Shown: positions 8,748 to 18,250 of the stretch, piece by piece
Layout of the letters: every line of letters starts with the position of its first letter
How positions within the stretch are numbered: the first letter of the stretch is position 1
Assembly: GCA_963819655.1 (NCBI GenBank)
Contig: CAWFXA010000002.1
Coordinates: 320,001 to 384,000, forward strand
Source of the DNA: an uncultured Chloroflexia bacterium
GTDB lineage: Bacteria; Chloroflexota; Limnocylindria; Limnocylindrales; CSP1-4
Direction of reading: 5' to 3'
Length of the DNA stretch: 64,000 bases
Notes under the pieces: generated by a model
What the model was told of the DNA's origin: nothing
What the model saw: only the letters and a program-made list of their open reading frames with translations
The model's database searches: none
Position numbers and translations under genes: made by a program

Positions 8748-9774
8748 CTATGTCCGGACCGCCTCGGTGAGGGGGTGCAGCGGGCCGGTCCCGGCGCCCG
8801 TGATCTCGATCGCGCTGGCGATCTCGACGAGGTTCGTCCGGCGTGAGCTCGATCCGACCGGCATCGATCCAGCCGTCGATCTGCTCGGGGCTTCGGGCGC
8901 CGACGATGGCGCCGGTCACGCCGGGCCAGGCGAGCGTCCAGGCGATGGCGACGGCGGACACCGTCGTGCCATGCCGCACCGCGACGGGGCGAAGAGCGTC
9001 CCGGAGCGCGAGGTTCCGGCTGAGGCCCGGGTCCTGGAAATAGGGCGAGCGGCGTCGCCAGTCCTCGGCGGCCATGGCCGCCACGCGGTCGGTGGAGAAG
9101 GCGTCCGTCAGGATCCCCGACTGCATCGGGCTGTAGACGATGACCCCCGTGTCGTGGGCGCCCGCCCATGGGATCACGTCCGCGGCACTGTCGCGGCGGA
9201 CGAGCGAGAAGGGCGGCTGGAGGGAGTCGACGTGCTCGATCACCTCGGCCCGGTCGAGAAGCGTGACGTCGAAGTTGGCGACGCCGATCGCACGGACCTT
9301 GCCCTCGTCGCGGAGGCTGACCATCTCGGCCCACGAATCTTCGACGGCGGTGCCGGTCTCATCGGGCCAATGGAACTGATACAGGTCGATGCGGTCGACT
9401 GCGAGCCGCCGCAGGGATGCCTCGAGTTCCCGGCGGATCGACGCCGGCTGGAGGTTGCGGACGGGCTCCTCGTACGGCCGGGAGGTGTCGGGAACCATGC
9501 CGCCCTTGGTGAACACGTAGGGACGGTCGTCCATCGGGATCTGGCGCAGCGCCTTGCCGACGACCTCCTCTGAGTGCCCCAATCCGTAGATCGCCGCCGT
9601 GTCGACCCAGTTGATGCCCTGGTCGACGGCGTGCCGGATGGCGGCGATCGAGGCGGAGTCGTCCTGGGGACCCCAGCCGTACGCCCAGCCACCGCCCCCG
9701 ATCGCCCATGCGCCGAAACCGACGGTCGTGATGTCCATGCCGCTCGTCCCGAGCGGTCGCGTCGTCAAGTTCAT
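8748..9774 (-). CDS. Aldo/keto reductase (frameshift near 8835, probably sequencing error)
   Basis: GFGAWAIGG, WVDTAAIYGLGHSE, DLYQFHWPD, YSPMQSGIL; shifted frame ends GAGTGPLHPLTEAVRT*. Confidence 0.88.
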
Positions 9775-9807
9775 CTCATCTGATCCTTTCGAGGTGGTTC
9801 GCACGCG

Positions 9808-10317
9808 CTACGTCTGACTCGGGCTGAACGCGGCGGCGCTCGAGGCCTGGGCCCGCGCTCGAACGGCCGCCCGAAGTCGTGTGCCTTCCTCCATGAGTGG
9901 AGTGAGGCGTGATCGATCGATCTGGATCGCGGGTGAGCCGGCGCGGCGCAGGGCGGTGACATTGGCGTCGACCGCGAGCTGCCCGACCGAATGAGCCAGG
10001 GCGATCCGGTTGTGCCCGTCGACGACCCAGTAGCCATCCGCGACCTGCAACAGGTCGACGGGCGGGAGGATCGCGAGAGCCCGAGCCGCCTCTTGGAGGC
10101 GTTCCCAGCGGCCCTTCCAATCGCCGCTGCGGGCGGCGGGGAGCGGCATGAACGCGAGATCGCGCTGGGTCTGGCCCGCGCTGACGGTGCCGCGGATCGC
10201 CGTGACCGGGATGGTCTGGAGGCCCACTGCCACGCCGCTTCCGTTGGCTGCGTCGGGGTGAACCTCCGCGAGGAGCGGGAGTCGCTGGGTGTTCTGGCGG
10301 ATGATCGGGAAACGCAT
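9808..10317 (-). CDS. ParB/Srx N-terminal-like domain protein
   Basis: GLQTIPVTAIRGTV...LPPVDLLQVADGYWVVDGHNR. Confidence 0.65.
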   Translation of the reverse strand: MRFPIIRQNTQRLPLLAEVHPDAANGSGVAVGLQTIPVTAIRGTVSAGQTQRDLAFMPLPAARSGDWKGRWERLQEAARALAILPPVDLLQVADGYWVVDGHNRIALAHSVGQLAVDANVTALRRAGSPAIQIDRSRLTPLMEEGTRLRAAVRARAQASSAAAFSPSQT

Positions 10318-10344
10318 CTTGGTAGGCTCCGTTATCTCGCCAGC

Positions 10345-10396
10345 AAGATACTTCCTAGAATGCCTTTCTGTCAAGTATCTTTCTGGTGTGATACTT
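10345..10396. promoter_or_regulatory. Probable MarR operator (AAGATACTT/AAGTATCTT inverted repeats)
   Basis: AAGATACTT 10345-10353, AAGTATCTT 10373-10381 and GATACTT ending 10396, between divergent genes. Confidence 0.5.
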
Positions 10397-10418
10397 TGAG
10401 CCCGGAGGAGCCTACCGA

Positions 10419-10958
10419 ATGCCAGAGGATGAGATCGACCGGATCGTCACGCAGTGGAATCGGACGCGCCCGGATCTCGACGTATCGCCGACGCACGTGC
10501 TGCAGCGGATCACCCGACTGGGAATGCTCCAGGGCGCGAGCTTCGCCCGGGTCTTCGCCCGGCACGGACTGTCGTGGGGCGAGTACGTCGTGCTGGCGGC
10601 CCTCCGCCGCGCCGGGCCGCCGTACCAGATGAGCCCGACCGCGCTCTACGGCGCGATCATCCTGTCGTCCGGTGGCATGACCAAGCGCCTCGACCGCCTC
10701 GAGCAGGCTGGGCTCGTCGAGCGCATCCCGGACCCAGCGGATCGGCGCGGTCGACTCGTGGCGCTGACCGACAAGGGCCGCGAGCTCGTCGACCGCGCGG
10801 TCATCGAGCACCTCGACAACGAGCAGCGGCTGCTGAGCGCGTTGTCCGCGGACGAACGCGAGGAGCTGAGCGATCTCTTGAGGAAGCTCCTCGTCTCGGA
10901 GCCGTTCAAGGCGCTCGATCCGGCCACCCTTCCGGACGACTTGGCTGAGGGCGGCTGA
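10419..10958 (+). CDS. MarR family transcriptional regulator
   Basis: QWNRTRPDLD, LSSGGMTKRLDRLE, DPADRRGRLVALT. Confidence 0.92.
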   Translation: MPEDEIDRIVTQWNRTRPDLDVSPTHVLQRITRLGMLQGASFARVFARHGLSWGEYVVLAALRRAGPPYQMSPTALYGAIILSSGGMTKRLDRLEQAGLVERIPDPADRRGRLVALTDKGRELVDRAVIEHLDNEQRLLSALSADEREELSDLLRKLLVSEPFKALDPATLPDDLAEGG

Positions 10959-10988
10959 GAACGAAATGGGCTGGTGGTTGGCCGGTGA

Positions 10989-12203
10989 TCAGTCGCTCGC
11001 CGGCGCCTCTCCCCACGCGTTGGCGCCGATGAATCGAAAGACCACGAAGAACCACAGGATCGACAGGATCGCGACGAGTAGGAGCGCGAGGAGCCATGGG
11101 GCAGGCCGCAGCCAGCCGACGCCGATCGCCGCCACCGCTCCGGCTGCGAAGGCCAGGGGCAGAGGTCGGTAGACCTCTGCGAGTCGATCAGCATCGGCGA
11201 GCGAGCGCTCGATGACGATCAGGGAGACCAGTCCCAGGGCGACTGCGCCGGCCAGCAACCATCCGGTGCCCTCGCTCGTACTCGCGTCATGGGCGTTGGC
11301 GATGAGGCTCGTCATACCGGCCCCGGCGGCGGCGATGGACAGCGTGATCGGCAGATGGCTCAACAACCAGTTCGCGACGGAGCGACCATCGGTCCGTGGG
11401 GCACGCCGCCCGACGACGTCGAAATAGATCCACCAGAAGCCGAAACCCAGGATGAGGGCGATCACACCGGTCGCGATCGTCGTCACGTCGTGGTCCGCCG
11501 CTGTCAAGCCATCCACGACCCCGAAGATGACCTCGCCGAGCACGATGATCGTGAACAGCCCGAGGCGCTCGACCAGGGACTCCGTCGGCATCACGGCCGG
11601 GCTGAGGCCGACGGTGGACCTCCCGGCCAGCACGATCGCCCCGACCCACGCGACGGAATTCGCAGCCCACACGAAGAGTCGCGCATCGGGCGGGAGAAAG
11701 GCGCTGACCAGGAACACGACGACCGACACCGCCGTGCCCGCGTTGTACCGGGCGGTCACCACCATGTACTCGGGGCTGTCCTGCCGCCGCACGTTGTTCC
11801 ACTGCCAGGTCATGAACGCGAGGAAGACCGCGTAGACCACCGCGAAGGCTGGACCGGTGTCTCCAGCCGCGTCGGCTGTGAACACGGCGAGCACAACAAG
11901 GATGCCCATCTGGACGAAGACGAGAGTGCGGGTCCGCCCGTCGTCCCGCCCATGCAACTCGACGTACAGCGAGCCGTTGACCCATGCGATCCAGATGACC
12001 GAGAAGATGACCGCGAACTCCGCGAACCCGCGGACCGTCACGTGCTCGGCGAGATGGTGGGCTGCCTGGCCGATCACCGCGACGTAGACGAGGTCGTAGA
12101 AGAGCTCGAGGAAGCTGACGTTGCGGTGGGCGATGACGTCGCCATGCGGGCGTGGCGGACGCCACAACCACTCCTTGAAGCGTCGCTTCGTCTCGACCGT
12201 CAT
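10989..12203 (-). CDS. ltrA: Low temperature requirement protein A family
   Basis: FLELFYDLVYV, LVERLGLFTIIVLGE, WWIYFD. Confidence 0.88.
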   Translation of the reverse strand: MTVETKRRFKEWLWRPPRPHGDVIAHRNVSFLELFYDLVYVAVIGQAAHHLAEHVTVRGFAEFAVIFSVIWIAWVNGSLYVELHGRDDGRTRTLVFVQMGILVVLAVFTADAAGDTGPAFAVVYAVFLAFMTWQWNNVRRQDSPEYMVVTARYNAGTAVSVVVFLVSAFLPPDARLFVWAANSVAWVGAIVLAGRSTVGLSPAVMPTESLVERLGLFTIIVLGEVIFGVVDGLTAADHDVTTIATGVIALILGFGFWWIYFDVVGRRAPRTDGRSVANWLLSHLPITLSIAAAGAGMTSLIANAHDASTSEGTGWLLAGAVALGLVSLIVIERSLADADRLAEVYRPLPLAFAAGAVAAIGVGWLRPAPWLLALLLVAILSILWFFVVFRFIGANAWGEAPASD

Positions 12204-12370
12204 GCGCGTCAGCGTAGCCGCCGCGGGTACGGCCGCGACGTCTACCGAGCGAGCGGGCTACCGCCTGCCGGAGCCGACCTCCAACTGATCGGGGCGGAGC
12301 AACTTCAATCCGACGCGGCCGACGCGTGTGAGCGTCCCTTCGCGCTCCAGCTGGCGCAGGACCCGCCCGG

Positions 12371-13195
12371 TCATCCGGTGATCTCGGCTCGATCGGTCAC
12401 CAGCGCGGCGACGAGCAGCGCACCGACCAGCCAGACGACGACGAGCAGGAATGCCGTCTCCTGCGACAGAGCCACGGTCGTCGGCGCGCCGCCCCCGCCA
12501 CCGAAGCCTGGGGCCGCGCCGAGCGAGGCGTCAGCGACGCTGAACGGCCCGTACTTGACGATGTCAGGCAGGAAGACGCCCGCGAACGCCTCGCCGAAAT
12601 AGAACGCGATCCCCGCGCCGATGCCTGCGAGCTGACTGCGCGCGAGCGTCGCGATCGCGAAACCGAGCGCACATTCCTCGACGATGGCGACCCAGCCGCG
12701 GAGCATCTGCTCGGGTAACCGACCGATGGTCACGGCGTCGGTGATGCCGTCGAGCGGCACGCCGGCGATCGTGGCGCCTAGCGCTGCCGCACCGACCGCC
12801 ACGGCAAAGGCGAACAGCAGCCCGCCGGCCAGGACGATCGCGATCGCGGCGAATGCCGTCAGCACGTACCACACGCGACTCTCGCCACGAGCGACCGCAG
12901 CCTTCAGTGTCCCCCAGTTCCATTCCGAGCCGGCGATCGCGGCCCCGTAGAGCACCGCGAACAGGCCGCCCAGGCCAAGGAGGAACCTCAGGATCTGATC
13001 GTAGGCCCCTGGGAAAGTGACCAGCAGGAGCGGATCGGCGCCGCCCTGCTCTCCATCCGGAGGCAGGTTGCCACTGGCCGCCGTCGTCGCGACGGCCACC
13101 ATGATCAACGCCAACAGGCCGGCCAGGAGGCCGAAGGTCAGCCACGTCGCGGGGCGTCGAATGAGCTTGCGCAGGTTCGCGGTGAACAGTCTCAT
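12371..13195 (-). CDS. ABC-2 type transporter permease
   Basis: AGSEWNWGTLK motif, multiple TM, coupled to ATPase. Confidence 0.85.
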   Translation of the reverse strand: MRLFTANLRKLIRRPATWLTFGLLAGLLALIMVAVATTAASGNLPPDGEQGGADPLLLVTFPGAYDQILRFLLGLGGLFAVLYGAAIAGSEWNWGTLKAAVARGESRVWYVLTAFAAIAIVLAGGLLFAFAVAVGAAALGATIAGVPLDGITDAVTIGRLPEQMLRGWVAIVEECALGFAIATLARSQLAGIGAGIAFYFGEAFAGVFLPDIVKYGPFSVADASLGAAPGFGGGGGAPTTVALSQETAFLLVVVWLVGALLVAALVTDRAEITG

Positions 13196-14184
13196 CGTGT
13201 TGTGTCCGTGGGCTCCGGAGCGGCACCGGCTTGGCCCATGAACGTCCCATCCGGGTCGGAGGCGCTCTTCGTCAGTTCGAGGAACAGATCTTCGAGGTCA
13301 CTGCCGGCCTCCAGCCGCGTCGCGTAGATGTCGCGGGCGACGAGCGCTCGGTTGACCTCGCCGGCTCGTTCAGGCGAGACATGCACCGTCAACCAACCCG
13401 GCTCGTTGGCCGATGGCTGGACCTCCTCGGACGGGAACGCGACGGCGATCGACTGGACGGCGACGGGCACGGCTTCCGTCGGGACGCGGACGCGAACCAC
13501 GCCCGAGGTGTCGAGGAGATCGGACACCCGGCCCTCGCGGACGAGCCGCCCGGCGGCGATGATCCCGACGATGTCCGCCATCTGCTGGACCTCGGCAAGC
13601 AGGTGGCTCGACACGAACACCGTCGTCCCGTTGCGCGCGAGTTGGGTCAGGAGCTCGCGCATCGCGACGATGCCTGCCGGGTCGAGCCCGTTCGCCGGCT
13701 CATCGAGCAACAGGAGGCGCGGCTCACTCAGCAGGGCGCCGGCGATACCGAGGCGCTGCTTCATCCCGAGCGAGTAGCCCGACACCTTGTCGCGGGCTCG
13801 TTCTCGCAAGCCGACGAGCTCGAGCAGCTCCTCGATCCGGCCGGGACGCGTTCGCGGACCGGTTGCCGCGAGGGCGCGCAAATTCTCGCGGCCCGACAGG
13901 TACGGGTAGAAGGACGGCAATTCGACCAGCGAACCGACATCGAACAGCCGGCGGCGATCACCCCGTTTGAACGGCCGGCCGAGCATGTCCACGCTGCCCC
14001 CGTCAGCGTGGATGAGGCCGGTCAGGATGCGCATGGTGGTCGTCTTGCCGGCCCCGTTCGGGCCGAGGAAGCCATAGACGACCCCGTCGGGGACGCTGAG
14101 ATCGAGACCGGCCAGCGCCACGCGCGAGCCATAGCTCTTCCGGAGGTCGTGGGTGGCGAGCGCCACGCCGCTCGAGGCTGTCAT
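13192..14184 (-). CDS. ABC transporter ATP-binding protein (BcrA-like)
   Basis: GPNGAGKTT, YSLGMKQRL, LDEPANGLDP. Confidence 0.93.
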   Translation of the reverse strand: MTASSGVALATHDLRKSYGSRVALAGLDLSVPDGVVYGFLGPNGAGKTTTMRILTGLIHADGGSVDMLGRPFKRGDRRRLFDVGSLVELPSFYPYLSGRENLRALAATGPRTRPGRIEELLELVGLRERARDKVSGYSLGMKQRLGIAGALLSEPRLLLLDEPANGLDPAGIVAMRELLTQLARNGTTVFVSSHLLAEVQQMADIVGIIAAGRLVREGRVSDLLDTSGVVRVRVPTEAVPVAVQSIAVAFPSEEVQPSANEPGWLTVHVSPERAGEVNRALVARDIYATRLEAGSDLEDLFLELTKSASDPDGTFMGQAGAAPEPTDTTR

Positions 14185-14366
14185 GAGGTCGGTCCTTCGT
14201 CCTTGGGCTGCGAGGGGTACCGCCTCAGGGGACGGCGGCGCTGATCACCGTCGGCTCCAATGATGGGCCACCGAGGCGAAGCCGGCCGCCGACCCGCATC
14301 CGGGCGCCGCGCCCGACCTCTTTCGACCCGCCGACGTTCTTCGCCCTCCGCAGGCGCCGACCGCGA

Positions 14367-14750
14367 TCACTCGTCGGGCATGACCCGCCGGTCGCCGACC
14401 GGAACCCCCGCGGCGGGGAATGCCAGTGTCCCCGCAGCGACCCACCACTCCATGAGGTCGTAGCTCAACCGTCCGGCCTGGATCGATGGATCGGCGTCGC
14501 TAAGCCGCGCGGCCTCGTCCAGGCTACAGGCGAAGATCGAGAGCCCACGCATGGTGGAGTCGGACTGCTCCCCGAGCGGTCCGTTGGCGACCACCAGGCC
14601 ATCCCGGCGCAGCTTGGCGCGGTACGCGAGATGCCGGGCCTGGAGGGCATCGAGCTCGTGATCGGGCATGTCCGGCGCGTCGGCTGGGCGGCGCAGCAGG
14701 ACGAGCGTATAGACATCGAACGCGTCGGGGATGTTCGGGTCGCGCGGCAT
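14367..14750 (-). CDS. YciI family protein
   Basis: HLAY...ANGPL...RGLSIF...DPSIQAGRL. Confidence 0.75.
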   Translation of the reverse strand: MPRDPNIPDAFDVYTLVLLRRPADAPDMPDHELDALQARHLAYRAKLRRDGLVVANGPLGEQSDSTMRGLSIFACSLDEAARLSDADPSIQAGRLSYDLMEWWVAAGTLAFPAAGVPVGDRRVMPDE

Positions 14751-14847
14751 GGGAGACACGATATCGCGCGATCATGAACGCCCGGGTGGCGATCCTCGAC
14801 GCGATCGACGCCCGCGTCTACGTCGACGAGAAGGCGGCAGCGGTCGT

Positions 14848-16985
14848 CTAGCCAGCCGCCTCGGGACCTGGCTCCCCTGCTGGTCCCGTCCCCGGGATCG
14901 AACAGGTTGGCGATGGATCGCCAGGTCGCCCCGAAGATCGCGATCGACGGGACGATCAGGAACATCCCGACGAGCCCGCCGATCGCCGCGCCGACCGGGG
15001 CCGCGAGCAACACGACGGCCGGGTGGACGTGGACGGTCCGGCCGAGGACGAGCGGCGCGACGAAGTTCCCGATCAGGATGTTGTTGACGACGGTGAGGAC
15101 CGCCATCAGCGCGACTGTGGTCGGGCCACCCACGGCGACCGCGACGAGGAACGCGACCCCGCTCGCGATGAACCCACCGATGTACGGGATGAAGCCCCCG
15201 AAGAACGTCAGGACGCCGATCGGGAATGCGAGCGGGAGCCCGAGCACGGTCATCATCACGAATTGCAGCGCACCGGCGATGACAGAGACGATACCCGTGC
15301 CGAACGTGGAGCCGTTGAGGATCCTGGCAGCGCTGGCGCCGGACTCCCCCAGCTCGCGGCGGTGGGCGGCGGGCACGTGGTCGAGGAGGGCGGTCCACCA
15401 CCCTGGACCGTCGCGCACGAAGAAGAACGTCAGCAGCGCGGCCGAGACGAGCGCGAGGCTGATCGAGGCGAGATTCTCGAGCACGGCCCGCGACGCGTCG
15501 AGCAGCGTTCCCTGGACCGTTTCGAGGACCTCGGTGAGGCTCGCCCCTCCGACGATGTGCCCGGCCCCGGCGATCGCCTCGTCGAGGATCGCGGGCAGCT
15601 GCTGCGCGAGCGAGGCGACCGTCACGACCAGGATCGTGACGACGATCAGGGCGCTCGCCAGCGTGACCGTGAGCGCGGCCGCGGTCGGGCCGAGCCCGCG
15701 GGTGCGCACGGCGTCAAAGGCGGGCTTCGAGGCGCACGCGACGACGAGCGCGACGACCACCGGCGCCGTCAGGATGGGCGCGACGAGCGTCTGGGCGGCC
15801 ACGGCGAGCACAGCGACGATGACGAGTGCCCGCCAGCCCCATTGGGCGACCCGGTCGAGCCACGCCGGGACGAACGCATGCTGCGGTGGCGTTCCCGGCG
15901 GGTCCCCGAGGACCGTGACGATGGCGGGAGCAAACGCGATCACGGCCGCGGCGACCGGGACCGCGAGGAGGAGGCCGGCCAGCCCGAAAAGCGCGGCGCC
16001 GGCCGGCGCGACGACGAGCACGAGCGCGGGATGCACCCGAGTCGCGCCCGCATAGACCCGGCGCGCGAGGAGCCGCCGCCTCGCTATGGCGGTAGCCGCG
16101 ATGAGCGCGAGCAGCGCGAGGGCCGCTCCTCCGCCGGCGGTCACAAGGGTGATCAGCAGCAGCACCACCGTGGTCGCGATCGCGCCGAGGTATGGGACGA
16201 ACGCGCCGACGAAGACGAGGACGGCCAGCGGGCCGGCGAACGGGACGCCAAGCACAGCGAGGTAGATCGCCTGGGTGATGCCGTTGATAGTGGCGGTGAG
16301 TGCCATGCCGCGGAGGTATGCACCGATCTGGGCGGTGGCGGCGACCGCCCTGGCGTCGAGCGTGTCCGTCTGCCAGGGGTCCAGCTTCGCGGTCAGATTC
16401 GCCCAAGCGCGGTCGGCGTCCTCGAGGAGATAGAACGTCAGGAACCCACCGAGGATCAGGACGGTGACGAGGGTTCCAACGGGACCCACGAGCGACCTGG
16501 CGGCGTCCGGGGCCGCCGCCTCGAGCTGGGCCGTGGCGCGTCCGAGCGCCTCGACGACCGACGGCGGGATCCCGAGATTCCTCAGCTCGGCTTCGATCCT
16601 GGCCGTGCCTTCACCGGCAAGAGCTGCGACGTCACCGAGGTAGGGGACGAACGCGAGCACGATCAGCAGGGCGGCGACGAGCACCGAGACCAGTGACATC
16701 ACGCTGGCGATGGCCGCCGCCCTGGCCCGCGTCCAGCCTCGCGCTCGCAGGGCCCGAACGAGAGGGCTGAACGTCGCGGCGATGACCACACCGACGACGA
16801 CGGCAAGGACCGCCGTCGAGAGCGCGATCGCTAGCCTGTGCGAGGACCGCCCCGAGCGCGACCGCGACGAGGACCCGCCAGCCGATGGCGGCCCCGCCGC
16901 GGAGCCACGCGGGCACGAGCCTCGTGCGGGCCTGATCGACGCCTGCCGGGAGCGGGCCCGCGACAGACCGCGTGGGCAGGGCCAT
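14848..16985 (-). CDS. AI-2E family transporter with two tandem AI-2E domains (frameshifts near 16830 and 14885)
   Basis: Two repeats of LTF(Y/F)..D, F(V/I)PY(L/I)G and VHPA motifs; N-terminus VPAWLRGGAAIGWR lies in another frame. Confidence 0.8.
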
Positions 16986-17131
16986 CGCTCACCTCCCTCG
17001 CCGGGCTGTCCGTGCGCCGGCGTCTCCGTCGCGGGACCAGATCGCGGACCCGTTTCGCGGCCGTGAACTTCCGGGCGCCAGCCGACCGTCAGGTGCGGTC
17101 GTCGCCACCCATCGCGGCGAGGCCGTCGCCA

Positions 17132-17240
17132 GAGTGTGACGCTCTAACGAGCGTTCTGACCACCGAATCCGCGCTCGGCGCGGCGCATGATAGACCTTCA
17201 CACCAGACGCCGAAGCTCCGGCCGAGTGTGAGCCGGTACG
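17132..17240 (+). repeat. Decayed copy of the module right end (palindromic site plus tRNA-upstream spacer), without tRNA fragment
   Basis: GAGTGTGACGCTCTAACGAGCGTTCTGACC...GAATCCGCGCTCG...TAGACCTTCACACCAGACGCCGAAGCTCC aligns over ~105 bp with 31291-31399. Confidence 0.8.
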
Positions 17241-17251
17241 TCCTGAGCGGG

Positions 17252-17908
17252 CTACGCTCCCGATTCCGGCGGCAGGAGCGCTGCGATCATCTGCTCGGCC
17301 GCCAGCTCTCCGAATCGCTCCGCTGACCACCCTCGGCGAATCACGAGCAGCTCGTACAACTCGGGCGCTGTGTAGGTCCACAAGATGTCGCGGGCATCGT
17401 TGAGGGTCAGTTCAGTGCGGATGTCGCCACGCTCGAAGAGCGTGCGCGCGTTTATCTCCATCCGTCGCAGCCGGAGTTCATCCACCTCTGCGACCAGCTC
17501 GGCCATCCGCACATCCGACGCGGCTGCGGCGCGGATCAGCAGCACGACCGGCGTGACACGCGATGCCACTTCCGTGATGAACCCGCCCCAACCTCGGATG
17601 AGACTTCGTGGGTCGCCCTCGGTGGTGCGGATCGCATCCGAACGTTCCTCCGCGGGAACCGGGCCTGCGCCCTCGAGACTCTCCAGCCAGATCGCACGAA
17701 CGAGTCCAGGCTTCCCGCCGAAGGATTTGTAGATCGTTTCAGGGGAGACGCCCGCTGCAGCTGCGATCGCGCCGATCGTCGTCCCGGCATAACCGTGGTC
17801 GAGAAGGAGGCGACGAGCCGCCTCGAGAATGTCTTGGCGGGTCCTGTCCGCCTGCTGACGGCGTCGCCGAGAGTCGTACCGACGACGGTCCTTGACTGGC
17901 TCTGACAT
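17252..17908 (-). CDS. TetR/AcrR family regulator
   Basis: RRYDSRRRR...GYAGTTIGAIAAAAGVSPETIYKSFGGK; palindrome GTTCCA-N6-TGGAAC at 17911-17928. Confidence 0.92.
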   Translation of the reverse strand: MSEPVKDRRRYDSRRRRQQADRTRQDILEAARRLLLDHGYAGTTIGAIAAAAGVSPETIYKSFGGKPGLVRAIWLESLEGAGPVPAEERSDAIRTTEGDPRSLIRGWGGFITEVASRVTPVVLLIRAAAASDVRMAELVAEVDELRLRRMEINARTLFERGDIRTELTLNDARDILWTYTAPELYELLVIRRGWSAERFGELAAEQMIAALLPPESGA

Positions 17909-18250
17909 TAGTTCCAGTATAGTGGAACGATTACACCACGCTGTACGCGTCCGTGGCCCGGCCCGAGAGTCACCCGCACCTGTGGCCGCGACGTGTCGAT
18001 CACCGCGCTCCAGCCGGTCGACATCACTGAATGCGAGCTCGGCGCCCTACCCGGCGAGGATCTGCTCGCCCTCATCCGCAGCTGGGTCCCCGCGAGCACC
18101 CACGATCTGATCGCGACGAGCGTGCTCCTCCGAGCGCACAAGGCGGCCCAGGCAAGGCTCCCCGGCCACAGCCAGGCATGAGCGGCGAGCTCGTCGCTCG
18201 ACGTCGATGTCGGGCCGGGCACATGCTCGGAGTCCTGCTCCCAGCGCCGC

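Noticed and set aside
17993-18181. 62-aa ORF divergent from TetR
   Set aside because: No RBS or recognisable motif; cannot be supported as a gene.
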